Of a stretch of 32,000 bases of DNA, positions 1-9,242 are shown one piece after another. The DNA is from Candidatus Altimarinota bacterium (GTDB lineage: Bacteria > Patescibacteriota > Gracilibacteria > UBA1369), in NCBI GenBank assembly GCA_041659405.1, contig JBAZYK010000012.1:24750-56749 (forward strand). Direction: 5' to 3'. Position numbers and translations under genes: made by a program. The notes under the pieces are model-generated. The model was given only the letters and a program-made list of their open reading frames with translations, was not told where the DNA came from and did not search any database. Numbering within the stretch: position 1 is the stretch's first letter; each line of letters opens with the position of its first letter.

Positions 1-345
1 GCCCAAAAATTCCAGAGCTTTCAAAAAAAGCCCCTCAGCATCCATAATCGCGGCATTAATTTCCTGATAATTAGCTCCACGCATAACATTAGATTGAACC
101 ACCGCGCCAATCCAGCCCGCTACCAAGGCTATTTTAAAGGCTATATGGCCGCCCAATCGACTAACAACATCCTTCTTATCAAGTTCAGCATGAATGATTC
201 GATAAAGCTCATCAATCGGCAAAGTTTGCAAATATTCCAGGTCTAAAAGAGCAGGATCCTGATCTAGCTCCGGAAGCGCTAAACTTAGAGCTGGTTCCGC
301 AGGGACGCACTCTTCTTCCGTTGAATTTTTTAAATCGAGACCCAT
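1..345 (-). CDS. Hypothetical protein, 3'-partial at window edge (starts MGLDLKNSTEEECVPAEPALSLALPELDQDPALLDLEYLQTL...)
   Basis: Open minus-strand frame with ATG at 343-345, running off the window start; codes for about 115 aa. No family recognised. Confidence 0.7.
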   Translation of the reverse strand, partial: MGLDLKNSTEEECVPAEPALSLALPELDQDPALLDLEYLQTLPIDELYRIIHAELDKKDVVSRLGGHIAFKIALVAGWIGAVVQSNVMRGANYQEINAAIMDAEGLFLKALEFLG

Positions 346-430
346 TAACTATAAAACTAAAAGGCCACAATAATAAGCACTTGAGACAATTTGTCAAACT
401 TCTTAAACCAAGGCCTTAGATTTGATGGGA

Positions 431-694
431 TTATGTGTTTTTTTTGATGGATCTCCGACCTACCAACTTCAACTTTTCTTCCCGGGAAAGATGTTTTATC
501 CGGTTTTCTTCTTTTGAAGCCAAAGAGCGATTGCGAAATTTTTTTGAATAAACCAGCCTAACAGGCCTGCGCGCTTTTGTGTATTTTGCGCCAAGTTTGG
601 ACTGATTATGCTCCTGAATTCTGCGCTCCAAATCAACCGTAATGCCGGTATACAAAGTTTCATCGGCGCACTTAAGAATGTAGAGGTAATACAT
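431..694 (-). CDS. GIY-YIG superfamily endonuclease (UPF0213/YhbQ-like)
   Basis: MYYLYILKCADETLYTGITVDLERRIQEHNQSKLGAKYTKARRPVRLVY is the typical small GIY-YIG domain. Confidence 0.95.
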   Translation of the reverse strand: MYYLYILKCADETLYTGITVDLERRIQEHNQSKLGAKYTKARRPVRLVYSKKFRNRSLASKEENRIKHLSREEKLKLVGRRSIKKNT

Positions 695-759
695 GATTTT
701 GGATTTATCTATTTCTTTTATTTTAACATATCTCTAAAATAAGCCCCTAACAAAGGTTT

Positions 760-1293
760 TTGGCAAAAAATATGGCATTATCTAAAGCTCCAGAAAAATA
801 TTTAGGATTACCGGCTGCCTTACCGGCGCCAGCGCAAGCACCAGCAGTTTCGCAGGCACCCGTAGCGACCATCAAGGCTGCTATTAGAGAAGAATTCATA
901 AGATTTATGCTGGAAGGAATCGACGATTTTGTCCTGAATAAAAACAATGTATTAGAGGTCGAATTTCCACCTCATATTGCCGGTAAAATAGATGAACGTA
1001 CCGCCGGAATAATCAAAAGAATTGTAGATCTCCGACATTTAGTGGTTGTAGAACAAAGCGCTGGTAGGATGGTCTTACTAAAATACGCAACTTATATGCA
1101 ATTAACTCAACACATTGATAGTTTCATTACAAACAGAGGATCCACAGCGGTAACATTAACTCTGGGCGATAATTCATGCTTAATCGACTGGCTTAGACAA
1201 TTGAGCACAAACCTATCGTTATCAATGGTTGTAAATGGCCAAAACCCTCGCCAGATTCAAGTTATCCTAAGAAAGAAACCCGGAGTTAGGTAA
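760..1293 (+). CDS. Hypothetical protein with Ala/Pro/Gln-rich N-terminal linker
   Basis: 177-aa ORF (TTG at 760 or ATG at 772); no recognised family. Confidence 0.7.
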   Translation: MAKNMALSKAPEKYLGLPAALPAPAQAPAVSQAPVATIKAAIREEFIRFMLEGIDDFVLNKNNVLEVEFPPHIAGKIDERTAGIIKRIVDLRHLVVVEQSAGRMVLLKYATYMQLTQHIDSFITNRGSTAVTLTLGDNSCLIDWLRQLSTNLSLSMVVNGQNPRQIQVILRKKPGVR

Positions 1294-1360
1294 TTGGTTT
1301 GACTCGGATTTGAGTTTGGATTATACGTGATTACGTTTTTACAAAAATTAATTATATTTT

Positions 1361-2758
1361 ATGGCTAACGGGTTGGAACAACATGGAACATGCGAGGAGT
1401 TAATGGAAAGTCCGCAAATAGTGGAGATTCAACGTTTAGATGAGTTAATGAAAACTCCGCAAATAGAGGAGATTCAACGTTTAGTGGCTAGAAATATAGT
1501 CTTGGCGAAGATTCTTGGCGAACAACGTACGACTCAGTCTTTTTCTACCGCCGATGAGTTGGCGAATGCATTTAAGGGAAAATTGCTGACGGCCGGAAAA
1601 ACCGGTTTGGAGGCCATGGAAAAGGCAAAAATTAAATATAAAGATTTGATTGAAACAGCGGGCATTACCGATGAGGATTTGAGAAAAGTGTTTGAGATGG
1701 TTTGGGTTTACAGTCGTTTGGCCAATCCCACTGGTGAGCTTTTAGAGGAAGCAATTTCAGGAATTGAAGGAGCGGAAAAGACGGCTATTTTTGCGTCCGG
1801 ACTTGGGGCTATTAATGCCGCAGTGAGGCAATTTGTGCCACCTGCCAAGGCTGACGGGGAAAAGTATGTTAAGGGCGGAAAAATTGTGGTAATTGGCAGT
1901 ATTTATGGTGGAACTTACGCTCAGCTGATGAACATATGCAAAGAGACCGGCCGACAGCTTGAGTTTTTGTCGATTTCTGATTTTAAAGCGCAGGGTCTTA
2001 GTGATCATACTTCCATGGTTTTTTGCGAAACCAGCAACAATCCAACATTGAATGTTGTTCCATTAAAACGTGTTGCGGAAGAGGCAAGACGGGTTGGGGC
2101 GGTTTCCGCTTGCGATAATACTTTTACTCCAATAACCGTGCGTCCCGTGGAAAACGGCATTGATCTTACGATTACTTCAATGACCAAATATTTTAACGGA
2201 AGAAGTGAGAGTTTGGGTGGTTGCGTTTCGGGAAACGCTGAATTAATTGGGGAATTTTCGGATCTTCAGGAAGGGCAGCGCATGCTGGGTGGCGCTATTA
2301 TGGATCCGCGTGTGGCAAAAAAGTTCTTAGAGCATTTGGCAAATCTTCCGGAAAGACTTTTTAAAGCGACTCAAAATGCCAGGGGTGTTAGGGAGGTTGC
2401 TATTCGCTCCGGGTTTCGGGCAAAAACTGTTGAAGATTTTCCGGAATATTCTAGAATTAGAAATCCCGCGATTCCTGCAAGTGTGAGCAATGGCATGGTG
2501 TCTTTGTTTATGGATGATGCACAACAGGCAAGCGCTCTGGTCGACATGCTGATTAAGGAAGGCATTGGTCATGGCGCGGTTAGCCTTGGGGCAGAGGGGA
2601 CATATTATTGCATTCCGGGGCGGACAACACACTCGGAAATGCCGGAGGAAGAAATGGCGCGCGCCGGCATAACTCCCGGATTGGTGCGAATTTCCTGTGG
2701 GATTGAACCGGATCTTATTCAAAGGTTTGAAAAAGTTCTGACCGATTTTGCTAAATAA
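1361..2758 (+). CDS. Cys/Met metabolism PLP-dependent enzyme (methionine gamma-lyase / cystathionine gamma-synthase-like)
   Basis: YSRLANPTGELLEEAISGIEGAEKTAIFASGLGAI, DNTFTP and TSMTKYFNGRSESLGG (PLP lysine region). Confidence 0.9.
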   Translation: MANGLEQHGTCEELMESPQIVEIQRLDELMKTPQIEEIQRLVARNIVLAKILGEQRTTQSFSTADELANAFKGKLLTAGKTGLEAMEKAKIKYKDLIETAGITDEDLRKVFEMVWVYSRLANPTGELLEEAISGIEGAEKTAIFASGLGAINAAVRQFVPPAKADGEKYVKGGKIVVIGSIYGGTYAQLMNICKETGRQLEFLSISDFKAQGLSDHTSMVFCETSNNPTLNVVPLKRVAEEARRVGAVSACDNTFTPITVRPVENGIDLTITSMTKYFNGRSESLGGCVSGNAELIGEFSDLQEGQRMLGGAIMDPRVAKKFLEHLANLPERLFKATQNARGVREVAIRSGFRAKTVEDFPEYSRIRNPAIPASVSNGMVSLFMDDAQQASALVDMLIKEGIGHGAVSLGAEGTYYCIPGRTTHSEMPEEEMARAGITPGLVRISCGIEPDLIQRFEKVLTDFAK

Positions 2759-2903
2759 AGTTCCATCACGCACGAAGTGCCTATTTCTATTGCGAGCGGA
2801 GCGAGTTCCATTTTTAGTTGGGGTATGCTTAAAGCAGCTTTTAATCAGGCTCAAAATTTGCTATAATAATAAGAATCAAAAATCAGCTTATGAGCTCAAA
2901 GCC

Positions 2904-3476
2904 ATGGAAATAAAAAAAGCAAATCCGGAATATGAAATAACAAACCTTGAAAAAAAGGTGCTGGTCAATTTGTGGCTTGATGACTACGATAACATTTTTT
3001 CGGATTTTGATCCGCGCCCTTATTCTTTGCGGGAATTATCAGACGATTTTCTAAATGAAACAAAAAAAATAATCAACGAAATAACAAATGAAAATCTGGA
3101 GATAGTTTTTCTGATTCCTCAAAGCCTAAAAAACAAAACCACAGAACATATAATCGCCACCAGGTTACACTCATACTTTAAAAAGAAAGCACACCATCAG
3201 GAGGCCGAGCAAAAAAAAGACAGAAGAAATGGCATAATACTAAGTTTAATTGGAGGAGTGCTAATGATCGGAGCGACATTTTCAGCCCAGATGGAAAACA
3301 ATCAATTATTTTACAATTTTCTTCGCATTTTATTGGAACCGGCAGGTTGGTTTATGACATGGTACGGCCTTGATCACATTTTCTACATCGCAAAAGAAAA
3401 GAATCATGAGTTAAGATTCAATAAAAAAATGGCAAAAGCCGAAATCGTTTTTGACGCTTATAGCAATCGCGAATAA
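2904..3476 (+). CDS. Hypothetical membrane protein, two predicted TM segments
   Basis: ATG at 2904 in frame with the 2748..3476 ORF; hydrophobic segments IILSLIGGVLMIGATFSA and LLEPAGWFMTWYGLDHIFYI. Confidence 0.65.
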   Translation: MEIKKANPEYEITNLEKKVLVNLWLDDYDNIFSDFDPRPYSLRELSDDFLNETKKIINEITNENLEIVFLIPQSLKNKTTEHIIATRLHSYFKKKAHHQEAEQKKDRRNGIILSLIGGVLMIGATFSAQMENNQLFYNFLRILLEPAGWFMTWYGLDHIFYIAKEKNHELRFNKKMAKAEIVFDAYSNRE

Positions 3477-3530
3477 AAAATCATAGTTCAGACTATCGCA
3501 AGCTGGGGCTTTAGAACAGGTTATGCCGCA

Positions 3531-3905
3531 TTACTCGGTGTCCCCAATTTCAGTATATCCTCTTGCACCCCTTCTTGCGCCTCCATTTCCGCCACGGCCT
3601 ATTTTTTTCTTAATATCAGCTCGCACACCTTCAACAACTTGAACCTCCTCAGGTACCTCGGGAGTACTGCCAGGGGTATGCTTCATAAGCATGGACTTTA
3701 TTGGCTCAAAATCTCCACTTTTTAAAAGTTCCACCATCTTTTTCAACTCCGGCATTGTAAGTGGAGTAAATCTAAAGCTGGTTAAGGTCATATTAAGCGT
3801 GACTACATTTAAACTGCGGACATTCCTCCCTGATAAGACTGCAATAATTTCGTCAACTAATTTTTCATCAGATTCCTGTTCAGGAGCCCCAGAAACATTC
3901 TCCAT
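3531..3905 (-). CDS. Hypothetical protein
   Basis: 124-aa ORF with an upstream TATAAT-like -10 (ATTATA at 3949-3954 on +). The complementary-strand ORF 3691..3915 is judged spurious. Confidence 0.6.
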   Translation of the reverse strand: MENVSGAPEQESDEKLVDEIIAVLSGRNVRSLNVVTLNMTLTSFRFTPLTMPELKKMVELLKSGDFEPIKSMLMKHTPGSTPEVPEEVQVVEGVRADIKKKIGRGGNGGARRGARGYTEIGDTE

Positions 3906-4048
3906 ATTAATTTAGATAAGGGACAATAATTGGTAAGACACTCGGTAAATTATAAAACATTAAACGATATTTTACCAGTCGATATTCAAGGCGCGATTCA
4001 ATAAATGCTGAGGATAAAGATGCTTTGAGTGCCTTTAACTAAAAGAAG

Positions 4049-4597
4049 CTATTTTTGCCCTCCTAATAAAGCTGAGATTTGCTGTCTTAAAACATCACTT
4101 TTCCCTGCGCGTTCTTTTGCTGCTCTTAATTGATTTATTCTTTGATCTAAATATTTTTTTAAGACAGTTACCGCATTTTGATCTTTAAGAACAAATTTAA
4201 AAAATGCAGCTTCGACCTCATCGCTCGCTCTGGGAAACTTTCGATCTTCAAAAAAGTGCAATAAGTCTTCTGATGACAATTCAGTTAAGGTATATAAAAC
4301 CCCATCAACTTCTTCTGAATTTTCATGAGATCTTAACCACTGTTGGCCTTCTTCGGTTTGGAAAAAATTAGCTAATAAATACATTCGCAAATACCTGTCT
4401 TGCATATCAATTAATGCCTCTACTCCATCAGTAATAGCAGATCTATTTGGTTCTGCAGAAGCATCAAAATTTCCCAAAATTTCGTCTTGCTTAGGATCAG
4501 CATCCCATAAGGACAATCGAAATTTATCGGGGGAATTTGGATCTTCTAAGACTATTGGTCTTTGTCTTCTTCTAATTTCATCAATATCTATTGGCAT
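4049..4597 (-). CDS. Hypothetical protein
   Basis: 182-aa ORF preceded by a plausible promoter (TTGACT-17-TTTACT, 4625-4653). Confidence 0.7.
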   Translation of the reverse strand: MPIDIDEIRRRQRPIVLEDPNSPDKFRLSLWDADPKQDEILGNFDASAEPNRSAITDGVEALIDMQDRYLRMYLLANFFQTEEGQQWLRSHENSEEVDGVLYTLTELSSEDLLHFFEDRKFPRASDEVEAAFFKFVLKDQNAVTVLKKYLDQRINQLRAAKERAGKSDVLRQQISALLGGQK

Positions 4598-4693
4598 AAA
4601 ATTAAATAAAAATTACAGGTGTTAAGTAAAACATAAATGCGCCATAAAGTCAAGAAACTCCTGGTGGCGCGACGTTCAAACTAGTCTTAGCAA

Positions 4694-6064
4694 TTAAGAT
4701 GGAGAACACCCATAGTATGAATATAAATATCTTAATGCGCGTTGCGATTTAGCCAAATCGATTTGAATATTTTGAATATCCTCAATATTTCCTTCTCTAT
4801 TGCTAACAAAAATCCAATTTCTTAGAGGATTTGATGTGTTTTTTTGATTATGCAATACAATGCCCATGCAATCTAATATCTTTAGAACTAAAGCAGTAGT
4901 ACTCGCGTGCCATTGCTTTTTACATAGTAAGCTCATTCTCAGTAACTGTTCAACTCTCTGTTTTATTTTTAACTGTGCATCGAGGTCGCCTTTGGCAGCA
5001 GCTTTAATATCATCTACCTGAAGGAGGTGTGGGTTATTTTGATATTTTCTAATCAGATCTTGTTCATTTAAATCCGAACCTAAACTTAATGTAAAATCGT
5101 CTTCTGTTAAAAATACCTTAGTACCTTCAAGAACAGAATTTAACAATCTTCGTGCTGAACTTTGTACATTTTTAAGTGTTAAGTCGTCAACATATTGCTC
5201 AGTTGAACGACATCGCATCGCAATAAAACGATGATAAATATCTCCATCTTCACCATAATGAACAGAACAATCATATCCTCCGCTGGCTAAGTATGCTGAT
5301 GCGCGAAAAGCAGTATTGGCTCCTGTGATGTTTACAGAAGAATAACTTTTAATTTTTTTTTGATTAAATAAATCCATAAGTTCAATTATCATTTCTCGAA
5401 TCCACAATTCGGGGGCTTGTCGTGATGCAGATTCAACATCACTTGGACTAGAATAAAAAACTGACCTGCCGGCAGCATATTCAAGCATGGACCGGTCTAA
5501 AAATCGTCTGATGGTTGTTTCAACATAATCACTTTTTAATTTCACGCAGTCGCTATCGTTACTAATCACAATTGGATCAGATTGATTTCTTTGTTTGGCA
5601 CAAGTACAAGCAATTTCAGTAAGCAAACTCCTTACATTCCCCAACGCAACATTATCGGAAAAATGCTCTCGAAACGAATGAACTTTCAATTTAGGGAATT
5701 GGCTTTTTATTTCGGCTATTTCAGCTTCAAGAACTTGGGCGCGGGAAGAAAAATCTAATTCATCTATTTCTGGTCCGGCATTAATACAAATCAAAATTTC
5801 AAAATCAAAGCATGTCTGTTTACAATATTGTTCCAGAGTTCTTTTTAAGTTCTGCTCTTTGGCATGACATGGAATTGCTACAAATGTTCGACTACCTTCA
5901 GCAATAGGTAAACGGTTGCTAATCTCCATTATTTTTGAACATCTTGCCGAGTCGGTAGAAGCTAATTTAGCAAAGAAAAGCTCATATTCATGTTCAAAAT
6001 CGAGTTTTACGCTAGGATTTGCCAAAACAGTTTCACTTAAACCTTCATAATAAGGCTGAGACAT
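4694..6064 (-). CDS. Glycosyltransferase, GT-A / family 2-like
   Basis: FVAIPCHAKEQNLKRTLEQYCKQTCFDFEILICINAG, DxD-like ISNDSDC, later GGYDCSVHYGEDGDIYHR. Confidence 0.8.
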   Translation of the reverse strand: MSQPYYEGLSETVLANPSVKLDFEHEYELFFAKLASTDSARCSKIMEISNRLPIAEGSRTFVAIPCHAKEQNLKRTLEQYCKQTCFDFEILICINAGPEIDELDFSSRAQVLEAEIAEIKSQFPKLKVHSFREHFSDNVALGNVRSLLTEIACTCAKQRNQSDPIVISNDSDCVKLKSDYVETTIRRFLDRSMLEYAAGRSVFYSSPSDVESASRQAPELWIREMIIELMDLFNQKKIKSYSSVNITGANTAFRASAYLASGGYDCSVHYGEDGDIYHRFIAMRCRSTEQYVDDLTLKNVQSSARRLLNSVLEGTKVFLTEDDFTLSLGSDLNEQDLIRKYQNNPHLLQVDDIKAAAKGDLDAQLKIKQRVEQLLRMSLLCKKQWHASTTALVLKILDCMGIVLHNQKNTSNPLRNWIFVSNREGNIEDIQNIQIDLAKSQRALRYLYSYYGCSPS

Positions 6065-6090
6065 ATAGCTTGAAACAAATTTAAGATGCT

Positions 6091-6119
6091 AAAATAGCAC
6101 ATTTTATCTAATGTGTCAA
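6091..6119 (-). promoter_or_regulatory. Sigma70-like promoter of the glycosyltransferase gene (TTGACA-17-TATTTT)
   Basis: Minus strand: TTGACA (6114-6119), 17-nt spacer, TATTTT (6091-6096), upstream of ATG at 6064. Confidence 0.6.
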
Positions 6120-6226
6120 TGGAGCTCCACATGGCGCAATGTTCAAACTTCAACTAATTTATAAAAAAATTAGAATATTTTAATCTGCATACACTAAAAT
6201 GAGCTGGAATATAAATTGATACAACC

Positions 6227-6763
6227 ATGAAAATTATTATTCCAAATGAAATAATTGAAACCAAAATATTCTTTGTCAGGGGAAGGAAAGTCATTATGGA
6301 CAAAGACTTAGCCATACTTTATGAGGTGCCTACAAAGCAACTTAATCAGGCTGTAAAAAGAAATATAAGCCGATTTCCTGAGGATTTTATGTTCCAACTC
6401 AATGAAAGTGAAGCGGGGGTTTTGGAATCTGGAATTGATTTAGTACAGGCAAACAACTTGAGGTCACAATTTGTGACCTCAAGTTACGGTGGAAGACGCT
6501 ATCGTCCCTATGTTTTTACGGAACAAGGTATCGCTATGCTATCAAGTGTATTAAAAAGCGAACGTGCTATTCAGGTCAACATCCAGATCATGAGAACTTT
6601 TATCAAATTGAGAGAAATGTTGTCGAGTAATAAGGCATTGAGGGATAGGATTGAAAAAATAGAGAAAAAATACGACAATCGTTTCAAGATTGTCTTTAAA
6701 ATGATTAAACAACTAATAGACGAAGAAAAATCGCAACAAGGGATTGGCTTTCGCCTTCAATAA
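6227..6763 (+). CDS. ORF6N-domain (KilA-N/phage antirepressor-related) DNA-binding protein
   Basis: Typical ORF6N text: ETKIFFVRGRKVIMDKDLAILYEVPTKQLNQAVKRNISRFPEDFMFQL...RYRPYVFTEQGIAMLSSVLKSERAIQVNIQIMRTFIKLR. Confidence 0.95.
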   Translation: MKIIIPNEIIETKIFFVRGRKVIMDKDLAILYEVPTKQLNQAVKRNISRFPEDFMFQLNESEAGVLESGIDLVQANNLRSQFVTSSYGGRRYRPYVFTEQGIAMLSSVLKSERAIQVNIQIMRTFIKLREMLSSNKALRDRIEKIEKKYDNRFKIVFKMIKQLIDEEKSQQGIGFRLQ

Positions 6764-7004
6764 AAAGGGCGCTTTACTTAAAACACAAAATTTATATTTT
6801 TGGAGCTCCTTGCGGGCTGCTGTGCGAGAATCGGGCTGACATCCATTTCATCCTTGGGAATCGTCAAAGTTTTACATCCCAAATAATAAAATAGCCGCAC
6901 TCTGACCGCACTTTGATTGGGATAAGGTTGACAAAATTGTAAAACAAGCTAGAGTGTCTAGCCGCTCGACGCATGTTTTATTAAGTCTATAATCAAAAAT
7001 TATA

Positions 7005-7637
7005 ATGGAGGAAACAGCAGATTTAGGTAATTCCGAATTTAGAACTAAAGTTCTTCCCCAAATTTGTGGATATTTAGATATAAATATCGATGATATAGCC
7101 CAGATAAGTCCCAGAGATCTAGTTGATAAAATTCGCGATAATCTACGAAATAAAAGAGTAAATGGGAAAGCCATTCCCAAAAAAGAGAGACTATTAGATT
7201 GGATTTTAGGACATGACATTCCAAATCCATTTAGTTTAAGACAATTTGTGGGAACCTGTCGGTTACTCGCTGAAAAAACTGAAAGAAAGAAAGGTGCAAG
7301 CCAAGAAGTCAATGTGAGATCGCGTTTAAATTTTAAGGTAGATGTAAGGGACGGAGATGACCTTGAAAAAATCCACTCTCAGATAGAGACAATCGGTAAA
7401 GCTATTGCTGCACTCGTAGAAAATGTCCTTGATAATAGCAGGAAGCCAACGATAAACATATTTGTTTCACTATACATCCCCTCAAATTCAGAAAACATAT
7501 CCACAATCAACTTCATGGAGGAGGAAAATTTAAATACCGCAAGAATTGAAGAATTAATAAATTCCGTGAAAGAAACGGTTAGTAGCGCAATAAAAGCAGG
7601 TCAACTTGGAGTAATTCAAATTAAATATCATTCCTGA
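7005..7637 (+). CDS. Hypothetical protein
   Basis: 210-aa ORF with upstream promoter-like TTGACA (within ggttgacaaaattg); preferred over antisense ORF 6872..7312. Confidence 0.65.
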   Translation: MEETADLGNSEFRTKVLPQICGYLDINIDDIAQISPRDLVDKIRDNLRNKRVNGKAIPKKERLLDWILGHDIPNPFSLRQFVGTCRLLAEKTERKKGASQEVNVRSRLNFKVDVRDGDDLEKIHSQIETIGKAIAALVENVLDNSRKPTINIFVSLYIPSNSENISTINFMEEENLNTARIEELINSVKETVSSAIKAGQLGVIQIKYHS

Positions 7638-7730
7638 TTGAAAAACGGCTTATTCAAGCTATAAAATACTTATATTTTTCTTTGGAGACCCATCGTGGAA
7701 GCTAATCGAACCTGTTCAAGTCAAATTTCT

Positions 7731-8168
7731 TTAATCTTTTGACTGATCGGTAGGTTGAGAATTCCTTAAATAGCAGAATTTGGCATCGATTTCGGCCATG
7801 ACTGTTCCAACTCTATCAGATATGGTTGCGTTAACTTTTTGGATATCTCTTCTTTCGTCAAATTGTTCGGGTTCACCTACAAGGCAAGCAGTTAAGCTAT
7901 ATTCAGTGTCCGGACGCATCATTTTATGTACTTTACAGTTCGACTCTAAGGCTAAAGGCTTTTTGAATATTTTTAAAGCATGTGCAACATTCCACACTGC
8001 AAATAGAGTATGAGCCATATTAACGTGTCCCCGTTCTCCAATGGTAGGATCTGTAGAGGGAAAACGCACTTCACCAGAAGCACGCAACCCGCCATCTTGG
8101 GTATCCTCAATTGTAAGTGTTTCCGCATTAAGATAATGAGGAGGAGGTGCACCATCTAAAGTATACAT
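7731..8168 (-). CDS. Hypothetical protein, possibly hotdog-fold thioesterase/dehydratase-like
   Basis: 145-aa ORF; weak resemblance to hotdog domains (GHVNMAHTLFAVWNVAHAL...). Fold call is tentative. Confidence 0.5.
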   Translation of the reverse strand: MYTLDGAPPPHYLNAETLTIEDTQDGGLRASGEVRFPSTDPTIGERGHVNMAHTLFAVWNVAHALKIFKKPLALESNCKVHKMMRPDTEYSLTACLVGEPEQFDERRDIQKVNATISDRVGTVMAEIDAKFCYLRNSQPTDQSKD

Positions 8169-8255
8169 AAAAATGATTATTATAAGCTAAGTACTTGCAA
8201 CCTAATTGATTTAAATGATAATCTCAAATAGTCGTTTGAATATGACGAAAAAAAT

Positions 8256-8990
8256 ATGTCACTTATAAAAAAACTGCAAGAATTAGGGCTTAATAAGAAT
8301 GAAGCAAAGATATATATTCTTTGTCTATGTTCGCCCTTATGCCCATCTGAAATTTCCAGATTAGTTAATATTCCTAGAACAAGCTGTTATTTCTACCTAA
8401 GTAAATTGTTAGAAATGAATCTCTTGATCAAAAACATAAATCGAAAAACAATTTTATATTCTTCAACAGATATAAATGCAGCAATTGCAATTCTACTCAG
8501 AGTGAAAAAACAGGAATTGAAGGAAATAACAAAAATTGGAGATCAAATCATAGCTGAAGTATCAATAAAAGAGGAAAATAATATTTATAAAACAACCCGG
8601 GGAATCCAGGGTTATGAAAATCTTTACAAAGAAATTTTAAGAGATAAAAAAGACATTTACTGGTTCGGAGATTTTTCAATTATCATCGATACAATCGGGG
8701 CCATGCGTTTCTATAAAGATTTCTCGATGAAAAGAATGCATAATAGTACGACGGCTTATGCTTTGACCACAAATTATATAAAGAATTTTAAAAAATACAG
8801 TGAAATAATAGGTGATTTCAGGAAAATGAAAATAATAGATACGATTCCAGCCCATTCCCTATTCTGCATTTGGGGTGAAAAAATCGCCTTCGTTTTTAAA
8901 GAAGATGAGCTGAAAATAGTTGTTATCCGTCAAAAATTCATCACAAAAATGATTTTAACAATATTCCTAAATTATTGGGAGAAAGCTTAA
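8256..8990 (+). CDS. TrmB-family transcriptional regulator-like protein
   Basis: LQELGLNKNEAKIYILCLCSPLCPSEISRLVNIPRTSCYFYLSKLLEMNLL winged-helix, then an effector-like C-terminal domain. Confidence 0.8.
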   Translation: MSLIKKLQELGLNKNEAKIYILCLCSPLCPSEISRLVNIPRTSCYFYLSKLLEMNLLIKNINRKTILYSSTDINAAIAILLRVKKQELKEITKIGDQIIAEVSIKEENNIYKTTRGIQGYENLYKEILRDKKDIYWFGDFSIIIDTIGAMRFYKDFSMKRMHNSTTAYALTTNYIKNFKKYSEIIGDFRKMKIIDTIPAHSLFCIWGEKIAFVFKEDELKIVVIRQKFITKMILTIFLNYWEKA

Positions 8991-9009
8991 ATGAATCTAG
9001 AGCATTAAA

Positions 9010-9036
9010 AAGACAGTTCCATAACTGCTTATTTTT
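9010..9036. terminator. Intrinsic terminator, probably bidirectional
   Basis: AAGACAGTT-CCAT-AACTGCTT followed by ATTTTTT on +, and TTTTT on the minus strand; lies between convergent 8256..8990(+) and tRNA-Gly(-). Confidence 0.6.
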
Positions 9037-9040
9037 TCTT

Positions 9041-9117
9041 TGGAGCGGGTAAGGGGGCTCGAACCCCTGACCTCAACCTTGGCAAGGTTGCGCTCTAGCC
9101 AACTGAGCTACACCCGC
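9041..9117 (-). tRNA. tRNA-Gly (anticodon GCC), encoded CCA
   Basis: Reverse complement GCGGGTG TAGCTCAGTTGGCTAGAGC G CAACC TTGCCAA GGTTG AGGTC AGGGG TTCGAGC CCCCT TACCCGC T CCA folds as a complete cloverleaf. Confidence 0.95.
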
Positions 9118-9242
9118 ACTCCAATAATCCGACAAATTGGCGACCCATTTTGCGATTCGGTTCCTAACCTAAAACCGCGCCAATTCTTTTTTGCTCAACG
9201 AATTTACCTTAAAATCACACAAATTTCAATATGTTTTAGGGG

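Noticed and set aside
4658-6149. The two 25-bp similar blocks flanking the glycosyltransferase gene as direct repeats of a mobile element or attC sites.
   Set aside because: Both blocks lie at the same distance upstream of same-strand start codons and promoters, and a third diverged copy exists upstream of 3905. A shared regulatory site explains them better; no GTTRRRY/RYYYAAC layout.
6872-7312. 146-aa minus-strand ORF overlapping 7005..7637.
   Set aside because: The + strand 210-aa ORF is longer and has a promoter-like sequence and more protein-like composition; the antisense ORF appears to be a shadow ORF.
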